This document shows positions 52,501 through 62,813 of a DNA stretch of 64,000 nt, piece by piece; the first letter of the stretch is position 1; the number at the start of each line of letters is the position of its first letter. The DNA is taken from assembly GCA_965637545.1 (NCBI GenBank), contig OZ281495.1:26846001-26910000 (forward strand), written 5' to 3'. Source of the DNA: Phallusia mammillata (taxonomy: Eukaryota). The translations under genes were made by a program, and so were the position numbers. The notes under the pieces are model-generated. The model was not told the DNA's origin. It did no database searches and saw nothing but the letters and a program-made list of their open reading frames with translations.

Positions 52501-52543
52501 CATTAAACACTGGGCCTTATAATTGGTAGTATTTGCAGTTGCC
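48961..52543. repeat. Recent complex tandem duplication Y-Z-X-Y'-X'
   Basis: Y 48961-49750 = Y' 51440-52229 (offset 2479). X 51124-51440 = X' 52227-52543 (offset 1103). Junction overlaps are c (51440) and gtt (52227-29). Confidence 0.9.
51760..51991 (-). pseudogene. Duplicate of ALKS-C exon 1 with inactivated splice donor
   Basis: Coding sequence reads identically to 49512-49281, but the donor is GAAG|atacag instead of GAAG|gtacag (position 51759). Confidence 0.85.
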
Positions 52544-52740
52544 TTTTGATTTGTCCTTACAACTGTTTATAGTTAATTATCAATTGATATTCTGATCAGA
52601 CAACAGTATTAAGTCTGTGTTAGCAACGATTCGTAAACATAAAGGTAAAGCAAATGTAACGAATTTAGTCCGTATATGACAAAGTGCTCCACTATTTAAG
52701 CTATTGCTGCCAGGCATAGTATCAAGTTTAAAGAGCTCTT

Positions 52741-52971
52741 CTGGCAAATGTTATTTTATTCCGACGTTTCGACGTCCTATACAGGTCGTCTTCATCAGGG
52801 CCAATCATTTGTTATCGCGCGGTTTTTTCGTTGCGTTGTGACGTGCTTGCGTTCCATTCTTTTTTTCCTTTGTTTATCGTGCACTGTACTAGTCGCATTC
52901 AGTGTTATTTACCCTGATGAAGACGATCTGTATAGGACGTCGAAACGTCGGAATAAAATCACATTTGCCAG
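52741..52971. mobile_element. Palindromic Penelope-like element end: two inverted minimal hammerhead motifs
   Basis: Arms 52741-52800 and 52912-52971 are reverse complements at 58/60 nt. Each reads ccCTGATGAagacg...cgtcGAAAcgtcggaataaa. Confidence 0.75.
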
Positions 52972-53336
52972 ATTTTTCATCAATGATGTGCTGTTTTTTA
53001 AATCACCTGCGCCGTGCTTTGAAAAAAAAAACACTCCTCACCCCATCATGCACCTTTTTCGATTGTGTGTATAATTTGCGTAGTAAATTCTTAAAAACAT
53101 AAATGTCGACAACACACACCGATTTAACAATTGCACATAACGAATCACGATACATAGTACAATTAGTTTTCATCACGTCGTGTAAGCCGGGAATTAGTTC
53201 ATCGTATCTGTGATTGCTTTCAAACTCATCATACTTGGATTTGAAATGTAAACACAAAATCGTTACTCGAAACTCAACGAAACAACAGCAAACCAGAAAA
53301 AAAGACACAAAGGAAATTAAAAACCACAACATTAGA

Positions 53337-56300
53337 TTAATTCATTGTATCGGTGATGGCTTTAAAACTCATCATACTTCCATCAACTACCATATCCCCA
53401 GACATGTAAGCCGACATTCCACCTCGCTCCTTGCTCGATAAGTCACGCCATACTTGTGACGTCATTGTCAGCTTGACGTCATACATTTCAGGAAGGCGAG
53501 CGTTATCGTCAATGTATTCAATCACGCAATTACGAAGTAAGAATCCGTAGGTTTTGTTCAAGTCGGTGAAATATAAAATAGCTGTGATCTTTTTGTATGA
53601 GTCGCATTTTTCGGGATTTACTCTCCTGGTGAAAAGAGTCAACAAGTCGGTAATTTCCATCTTATTGATTGTCACCTTTCTCGCGTTGCCAAGTTCAAAT
53701 GGAGTAAAGCTTCCGTCAAGTTCTGCGGCACACGACAGGTAGTAGTTTTTGGCGGTGATGCTCTCAGAGTAACGAGCCATCATTCCCAGTGCGTTTATCT
53801 TTGCCTCCTTTGCCCGTTCATGCTCACTATTGCCCTCTGCCGAGGCCACCAGTGCCGAGCTGGCAAGCTCCAGAGCCCATTGACTTTCCACAAATAAAAC
53901 CTGTCCTGATTCACGAAAATGATCCGTTGATTTTTTCAAGTTGCGCTCAGCTACCTGAATCATCGCATCCACGCCTCCAGTGGAGGTTTTCATGTCTTCT
54001 TCTAACAACTCCTTCATTTTTGCTGCCTTCTCTTTTATTGTAAGCGGATTAAGTTCCTCAACTTCTCCACTAAACCATCCAGTGTAGTTTGCATAAACGG
54101 CCCGCACAGTCCATTCCACTGTTCCGTAGAAACCTCTTAAATGTGGCAGATCGACGAGTGATGGCGGCAGTTTAACTTTCCGCACGATGTCGCTCACGTG
54201 CAATCCCTCGTTGGTCAGTCGGACAGTCTGATCGTGGACAAACTGAATTCCATCCCGGTAAGTGGTAAGAAATTCGAAAACTTTGTCTTTTCCACTGAGA
54301 TGAGGCATATGTGCTGGAACCAAAAATTCCGGACGAAGATAGCGAATCTTGTCAATGCTGGTGAACCAGTTCACAGAGCTACGAGGAAAATCCCCTCTTA
54401 CTGGGGCGATGTTGGGAAAGGCCATGTAGATTATGTCGGCTGGAAGCAGAACTTTTTTGTCGGGAAGCCAAACCGATATTTGGTCGCTTGTTTCGCCAGG
54501 AATGTGGATCAACTTTATTCTTACCCCTTAAGAAACATACTGCTAGAATTAACGAATAGGTGGTCTTAAAAGTCGAAATATGGCTACATGATTGCTGCAG
54601 TAAGAAAAAGATAATTTTAAAACTTTCAACGGACTTAGACCATCAGACACTAAATCAAAACGCTATATTTTAATGTTAAAAAGTCTACGGCTTTGGCAGC
54701 TATACTGTCTTTGAGGCACTGTGGTACGATTTTAGAAATCTTTAACTAAACTCATGACAAATATTTGAATAGGCAGCACCGATTTTCATTAGCAATTAAA
54801 TTTGTTTCGAACCTGATATGGTAGCTTCAAGAACATCGTCAACAATATGGGTAGGATGCAGTACAACAAATGACGGGTTCTCGTTCAATTTCGTCATGGG
54901 AGTGACAATAGAACTGACCTCTCTTCTTTTAAGCCCCAACCCGAATTGCCGAACTAACCGTGGAAATGCAGCTTGTGATGTTATCACTGAAAATAATGTC
55001 AAATACATTTTGTATGTACTATCATACGAATAGAGTGAGTTGATAGAAATGCAGTGGCCCTAACCACAAAAATAGTTCACGATGGTTAGCAAACAAGGAA
55101 ACAGCATTCGACAAAAAACGAAACGAATTGTAATTCAGAATTCGTGATAAAAAAGGCAAAACATAACTTACCAATCGCATTTTGGGTGTTGATTTTACTG
55201 ACAAGTAATCAAATCCTGTTTTAAAAGTTGGCTGATTTAACAAATTGAGATTAAGCAAGAGTTGTAGGCGACTTACATGATTTTGACACTTCCACAGCTG
55301 ATTCTCTATGCGCGTATACGTCCACTGGGTGTCCGGTGTCATTCAACAACCAATCAAGTCCACGGATGTGATCTATAAAATTTGGATCATACTGTTCACA
55401 AAATACCGACATATTGTCTTGTCTATTACTGCAAAGCTATTCTTGTTTCCTTTGGAAAAATTAACTAGTTTTGTAAACGTCCATCTTCCTCGCACCCTTT
55501 TTAACAGTTACTTCGATTCCGTGTACTCTTGTCATTGATGTAATAAATAAATGACGTTTTACAGATATAAAATACAAACTTTAAGCATGATAAAGGGCAA
55601 AGTGAAATGATACTTTCTAAGAGAACGCAACTCTTTGATATGGTGGCACATATGTTATTATACACATACTTCAAATTATTTACAGTTGTCTAACTTTTTT
55701 GAATCCCTATATACCTCTCGGTACCCATTGCCCCTTTGACTGTTGTGGAGCACGCTGGGGTTCACACCCACTTTCAACAGAACAGGTTTAGTTTTTTATC
55801 AAGCAGGCCAAAGCAATTTGAGCAAGCAATTGGAACGGATAGCAAAAACGGAAGTCAGACTAGCAAGCATTAATTAAAATTAGCTTTTTTTACCGTGTGC
55901 AGTTGATTTTTGTCAGGAAACATGAGGTATTGAGCAACTTTTTTTTCGTTGGCGTACCTGGGTGAAAATGAGTAAGAATAATTGCCTTCAACGGCTTATC
56001 GGTGATTTTTCGAAACTCTTTCATCGCTTCTTCAATCGCGCTGGGTGTTTCAGTTGTGTCCACAATGATTATTCCATCGTCACCTGATACAACAATAAGT
56101 CACTTTCAAAAACAACTGCCTTCCACCATAGGCTATTCAAGATTAGATTGAAGCTTCGACCAAGGCTATTCAAAATTAGGTTGGTTTAGCAGGCTGAGTT
56201 TTGACAAGCACACTCGCTAGATGCAAATTAGTGACATTCTTGATAATAATCAACGACCAATGCCATAGTTGGTACATATATATTTTGAAGAAATGGCAAC

Positions 56301-56570
56301 TTTTAATATTTACAGGTATAAGTATAACTGTTTTGTTTACTCGCCTTCGATCATTACGACGTTGGCCAATCCGTAGTACATTGCCACATGTACGCCGTCA
56401 GTCACCTTCTTAAGTGTTTTGTTAAATCGGTCTTTGTTTTCGGCCGGCAAAATGTCTTCCCAATCTGAAAGAATGGACCGGCGATCGGCATTAGATTTGT
56501 CGGCAACAAAGTACCTGTAGCAAAACGCCACAAACAGTGACGCTACGGTAAAGTACAGCAGTTTTGACAT
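53337..56570 (-). CDS. Alkyl sulfatase ALKS-D (SdsA1/BDS1-like, divergent subclass), about 603 aa
   Basis: Exons 56570-56345 (GC donor gcgagt), 56083-55958, 55372-55277, 54986-54813, 54526-53337 (1812 nt). Motifs THFHPDH, HIPGETSDQ, ADIIY, FPNIAPVRGDFPR, PAH. Confidence 0.9.
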
Positions 56571-57856
56571 TTTTAGATTCTGCAAAGTAAATGGTTTTCA
56601 ACAGGCATAGTTTATAATGGGATGCAGTTTTTGTTTTGCAACTAAATTGGCACCCTGCTGGTGATTAATTAGTTCCGCTAGCTGCTACACTAACACATTG
56701 TTTTTTCATCATGATTCAGCGTCTAAATTCGCTAAAACCGCTCAACTAGTTGTTTACAAACAACAAATTAGTCTTTTACAAAAAACAAACCAATGCTGTT
56801 GCTAGGATAAATGCATTTAGTCAAGCATAACATTCCAAAACCTGCCCAGACAGCAGTCACACGTTGGCAATTTTGTACTTGAGCTTTCTGCAACATGCGA
56901 AGTCTAATGCTAACTTAATGTTTACTGGCATCAAACATGTCGTTAACGCCACGATTTCCTGTAAACGTAACCTCTCTCTCCGCCTTTATTACTTGTTATA
57001 CTATACACACGTTTTTTTGACATGGTAGCTTCTGCCAAACGTACACAAAATCAGTCTTTTAGCAAGTCTAATTCAATGTTGTTGTTTGGAAACCTGACTT
57101 TTCAGCATCGTTTTTGTGTAGAATGTAAGTTTTTCACAAATCTACACTTGGTCGCAAAGCTAAAAAACAATTTGGAAACTCTCCTTTGCCACAACTTACT
57201 ATTAACCTTGTTCATTTTCCGCCATTCATCAAAAATTTGACGATATGACCGTACAGAAACATGTCCTAGTGACTAGTTAAAGATAATAGCTGACAGTTGT
57301 TTGCCAAGCAGTGCAGTCGTAAGTTGTGTCATGTTTGCTCTTTAACGCGAACTTACTAGGTGTAAAGGTCAGTATTGAAGTTTTGAAACTAAGTGCCAAT
57401 CGTTTTTTTTTTATTAAAAGCATTTTGATCATCAATGAAGTTATTTTCGAAAGGAATGTGAGTTGATTGTTACTACCTTTATTTATTGTTTACGTAAGTT
57501 TACAAGCAATTCTGCAGTCGAACCGGAACTGACACGCTTGACTAAACCGGAAACGTGACCTGTTAGGCGCCGGTAAAAGAGATGTGTGGCAAAAATTCGA
57601 CGATGTGCATCGGTTTATGTAATGTATTTTGGGAGCGAAAAGACGCACCAGCCAATAGAAAAAATTATGTGAAGAAATCAGGAAAACACCAAACAGCAAC
57701 TACGGTAAAAAACGAATTAAAGGCTATGATTTATCCAAAATATACGGTTTAACAATTAGGACATAGCGTTGGAATTGAAATTAGGGTAAAGCACTAACGT
57801 AAGAACTCGCAGTAGCCAGGTTTGGGAATTTCCGATAGGTGGCGCAACGGAGTATC

Positions 57857-57944
57857 GGCGTTTACGGTGACAATAATTGCTGAGTCAGCAATTTGCTGGT
57901 AGCAGTTTGTAACTTGCTGAGCAATTATTGTCACCGTAAATGCC
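57857..57944. repeat. 88-bp hairpin (25-bp arms, 1 mismatch)
   Basis: ggcgtttacggtgacaataattgct (57857-81) pairs with agcaattattgtcaccgtaaatgcc (57920-44). Confidence 0.8.
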
Positions 57945-58271
57945 TATGCTCAGTTGCACCACGTATCGTTTATTCTCAAACCTGGCTACAGTGAGTTCTT
58001 ACGTCAGTTGCTCTTCCTGAAATTAGAGCACATGAAAACGAAAATGGTGCTTTTTGTGTCAAAAACAAGTCAATTATCACTGTCTTGTGGACAAATGATC
58101 ACTATAGATAAAGCAATACATGTAAAGGTGCAGTAACGCTCATTACAAGATTAGTTATACAGCCTATAATAAGCGAAAGTTAGTAGATTCGCTTGCGTTT
58201 CATTTGTGCATCAACACAAGCTGAAAATGTAATGTTTAATCAGTATATTTTTGATAAATGACGGTTCATTC

Positions 58272-60777
58272 TCAAAACATGGAAAAGATGAGTGCAGCGA
58301 AAATGTACACCACATTGGATGAGAGGAAGGCTGCCGAGCACGTCGTTGTTGTTGCTGGTGCCATAGTTGCTAAAAAGACAAAAATTACCCTTTATCAATA
58401 TTTAAGAGCAAAAACAATACAGCAAGGTTTGTAAAAGTGGATAATTTTAAAGAAAAAAGATTTTACTCTCATAAATGTAAAGTAGTGTGTTAAAGACATT
58501 TACGAGGGCAAATTTTTACGGTGGAAAACCAGAGAAGGTTTATAACAGTGGATATTTTTAAAGAAAAAAAATTTACACACATAAATGTAAAAGTAGTGTG
58601 TTAAAGATATTGATGGGGGCAAATTGTTAAGGTGGAAAACCAGATAAAAAGAAAATGCGAACCTTTACATTACAGTGATACCGGTAAAAAAATAAGATTT
58701 GATTGCAACTTACTTCCCGACAAATATCCTGTGTTGTCTACTAGGCTGAACATGCCATTGGTATTGGTCCTAGCAGTATTAGGGTGCCTCATTAACATTC
58801 CATCTGCTCCAACTTCTCCTTCGGCATACAAGAGGTTATATGCCGTATCACTGACGTTCCATGTCGTAACTATTCCGCTGACATTCTTGTCGACGCTGAT
58901 TGGCCTATAGAAAGAGCACGTGATCATCCCGTCGGCAATGCTGGTACTGACATTTGCTACGAGCTGTAGATGAACAAATAGTTTTTGTATTTCTTATAGT
59001 TGCATATTGGTTATTACAGATTTGTGGTTTCTGGTATTTTTTTCAACTAAATCAGTGGTTCTTAACCGGTGGGAAATTTCCCACTAGTGGGAAATTTCAT
59101 GTTTTCGGAGGGAAATTATGTAAGCTTGAAAAGAGCAAACTCGCGCTCGAGGGTCGAATCCGGCTTTGAATTAACCATTGAAAGTTACTTTACTAAAAAT
59201 TTTCTGCAACAACATGTAAGATTAATTTTACTAAGGTTTACAAGACACATACAAATCCAAAGGCCGGGTGTTACATCACAGACAAGACTAAAACCATCAA
59301 TGACTTTGCTATTGTGCGCGAATAAAAGCCTTTCCTTTGTTCATTGTGATGCAATAAACGAATAATGCAAGCAGAGCACACTCTTCAGTATTCCAAATAA
59401 TTTAATCTCTCACAGAAGCACTATTTAAACTCAAAAAGATTGCAGTATACCTTTGGAGTTCCAGACCAAATCGCTCCACAAAATTATTTTATTTAAAAAA
59501 TATTTTTTTGTTAACGTAGGGCACAAAACATGATTTTAAAAAAAAACAAAGGGGGAAATTCGAAGTTGGTGATTGACGTTAGTGGGAAACCACACCAAAA
59601 AGGTTAAGAACCACTGAACTAAATGCTATTTCAAAGGAATCACTTAACTCAAAATCATCTACAACAATTAAAACGGGGTATAAATTGATGATAAATGTAT
59701 GCATGTTTGATAAAGGTTCCAAATTTAAATTGTAATAAAAAAAAACTTTTTTTACCAGCTCTACGGTTGTAGGTCTGCCACGTTGAGTAATATACGCAGA
59801 GGTAACGGTGATATTCGTTGAATTTGGGGCAGTCCTTGAGCAAAAGTAACAATCGTCTGCCGTACCCTGCAAACAGTTTCTGTTGTTAAGAAAATGGCAA
59901 ACACTGAAAATAAAGTTGTAAAATCATTTTAGACCTTTTAAACAAAACCACCCAACGTATCAAATTATCTTGACTTGTAGCCATTAGCAATCGCAATTTT
60001 TCGTGCTTTGTCCAACCACAGTATTTCAACTTTTTTGTCCTTTTATGATACATTTCTGCTAACCGGTGTATAAAAAATGTCGCTTACCATAAGTTGGTCC
60101 AAAGAGATGGCTACTGCAACGTAACCAGTATCAGAGCCAGTCAGAGTGAAATTAAGCATCATATTGCCGTTCATCATAACGGGTTCCCACTCAACAGTTG
60201 CATTCAAACTCGTTGTCCAAACACCTCCACCATGCAACCGTGCTTCGATATCATCCACAGCAGTGTTCTGCAAAAAATGCGTAAGAAAAGCGTATAAGTG
60301 GCCAACCTGAAGCCAATGGTTTAAATGAGAAATTTTAGATTGAACAAACCAGACACATTACATTAAATGTTTACTGTCTATTTTCAAAACATTATGAACC
60401 AAATATGAAGTAAAGAGGTTTTTAATCTTTTGCTTAATGTTGCTATAAAACAGGGGTCGGCAACCTTTTTTCTACTGCGGACCGTTTTTGAAACCGAAAT
60501 TTTATCGCGGACCGGCCTTCAAAAAACTACAAATATTTAACAATAAAAACGCATTAAAATTATACGGCCCGGGAACGAACTCGTCGCTAACTGATTCCGG
60601 GCTGCGGCCCAGGGGTTGCAGGCCACTGCTATAAAGGAAAGTTTGCTTAACAATGACCTTTAGCTTTTCACACAACGATATGCAGATATATTAGTAATAT
60701 CTTACCTGGGCCTGTGTTGATTTAATGAAGCAACAGAGGACAACGGCCAAGAAAGATACTTTCATTGCGTTATTCAT
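58272..60777 (-). CDS. Secreted, probably GPI-anchored single DOMON-domain protein 1, about 236 aa
   Basis: Exons 60777-60706 (signal peptide), 60267-60088, 59866-59756, 58963-58714, 58369-58272 join in frame (711 nt). Motifs GYVAVAISLDQLMGTADDCYFC, ITCSFYR, LLYAEG, RH; S/T spacer plus hydrophobic tail. Confidence 0.85.
58424..58648. repeat. Two-unit tandem repeat of about 111 bp in a DOMON1 intron
   Basis: aaggttt.taa.agtggata.ttttaaagaaaaaa...cataaatgtaaa...ggtggaaaaccaga repeated at about 58424 and 58535. Confidence 0.75.
59053..59616. mobile_element. hAT MITE in a DOMON1 intron
   Basis: TIRs cagtggttcttaacc / ggttaagaaccactg; perfect TSD aactaaat. Confidence 0.9.
60451..60628. mobile_element. 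hAT MITE in DOMON1 intron 1
   Basis: Ends caggggtcggcaacc / ggttgcaggccactg; TSD ctataaaa / ctataaag. Homologous to 30267-30502. Confidence 0.8.
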
Positions 60778-62813
60778 GTTTCACGGCTTTTTAATAAATC
60801 AGGTAAACGGTGAAACTTGAAATAGAGTTGTTGGGTATATTTGGAGTTCACTATATGACAAAAAAACGCTGAATTCAGATGCAACAAATACCGAACAAAT
60901 GCTTTAAAAAACATATTACAAAAAATGCAAAACATAAAGTTCTGCATTTTGTCACCAAATCGGCGTCATTTTAAGAAAGCTTAGGCATCTAAATATTCTT
61001 GGTTTCTTAAGCGCAATTCATATTTGCTACAGCATTAAAGAAACCAAAAGACTTGGGCAATTTTATAATTCCACTAAAAAAGTAAGTAACATTATAAAAA
61101 ATATCGAAACGTTTGGTTAATAAAATGTCTACGTTATATTCTACATCGCTGGCAGTTTTGCTCTTAGTAAAGCTAAGTCCGTATCTTGTGTATCTAATAT
61201 CGAAACAGTTATTATACTTTGCAGAAGCTGTAAGGAAAATATAAACTGCCGCTTTGCGAGTCCCAACTGCGTAATGATTCTACCCATACCAGTACAAAGG
61301 ATTGCTATTCAATTACTCTTGCCTTTTTTCTTTGTTTTTCCTGAGAACTGAGCCCACGCCCAACTATTGAACCGCTCAAAAAGTGATAAGCTTGATCAAT
61401 CATGCAAGCTTTTGGCTGTCTCATTGCAATTCCAGGATTGAAAATTTTCTAAGTTTAACGCAATTGAACTCATTTCTGGGTTTCAAGCTGTTTTCATTGG
61501 AGTTAATGACAGCTGAGTTAATGACAACTATAGTTGTTCTGTTTGAAAATAAATACTAACTGCAACGTGACGAAATAATTTTAAGCAAACGATTAAATTA
61601 TACCCAACTTTAAACTTTATGTATTAGTACAGATTGCAAAACATAACCACTATTGTCCGTGCTTGCCTTTTTCGGTTTTAATCAAAATTCCAACAGGTTT
61701 AGAACCCAGCAGCAAAGCAGAACGGTTCCCTTGGTAACTGAGCCGCTTGGTAAAACACCATAGTGATCATAAACTGGAATCTTTCCCGTTCAAAAAATAT
61801 TACACACACCTTTTTGTTTGGAGTTGGAATTGCGGATATGGTGTATCCGTTTCAACAGTAGTAAACCGGTGTTGAAAAAAAAAGCAGAATGTAAAACATG
61901 TAATTCGATTCTATCCATTTCCTAATGTAACGCATGGGGAACCAGTAAGGCAGCAGTTTCCTCCTTAGCGCAAGCCTGGCATGAAAAAACCCAACTGGAA
62001 TTCTAGGCAAAATACCTTCGTTGGTGAAAAATGCTGTCATCAGCCGTTTTACCTGAAAACGGCCGGACTAAAAAAGTTTACCCCAAAACACTACTTTGCG
62101 GTTGCTTCACGCTTGATCTGTCTTTCCGCGTGCCTAAGCATCACAAGACGAGGGTTTCGAGTTACCCATTGCGGTTCAGCAGAAAAAAACGACATTTTTG
62201 GAAGCTGAAACTTTTTCTCCCTGGTTTATCTCTTTTTTCATCACAGACCGGAATCTCCTTTTTGAATGGCACCATTGTGAAAAAAGATAAACTAAGACTA
62301 AGTAAAACATGCGACATGCTAAAGCCCGTTCGTTTTGAAGGTTGTGAATTTCTCTTTTGCAGTTTTAACCGTAAAACATGATTGTGCTACCATTTTGCGT
62401 AGTTTATTGCATAACTTGCTACACAGCAAAACATTTGAATCCCTTTGTACAATGCAATATTCACAGTCCTGAAATAAAACATGATCATTATCGCACTAAT
62501 ACACACACAGGGAATCAAAAGTGGTTAGAAGTTATTAAGACACAGTATACACTGTGTTGTTTGTTACATTCTTTATAGCTGCCATTATCCGGCCAAAGTT
62601 AGTAAAAAAGCAGGTGCGTTACGGTAGAATGGTTCCAATCACAAGACCTAGCATCACATGAACAGCAAGCAAGGAACAAAGACAATTCCGAACATGAGGA
62701 GAAAAAATCAGCTGTAAGAATTGTTGGACGACCACAAAGTACATAGTTGCGTTCAGCCCATAGGTAAGACTATCATAACAGTAAATGATTTCATTTATAC
62801 TACAATGCATCAT

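Noticed and set aside
17912-56570. Bacterial contamination as the source of the sulfatase genes
   Set aside because: All copies have spliceosomal introns at conserved positions, contain host MITEs and SINEs, and are interleaved with animal genes.
62619-62720. Hydrophobic ORF as an alternative last exon of DOMON2
   Set aside because: The hydrophobic frame needs a phase-0 acceptor but the upstream donor is phase 1.
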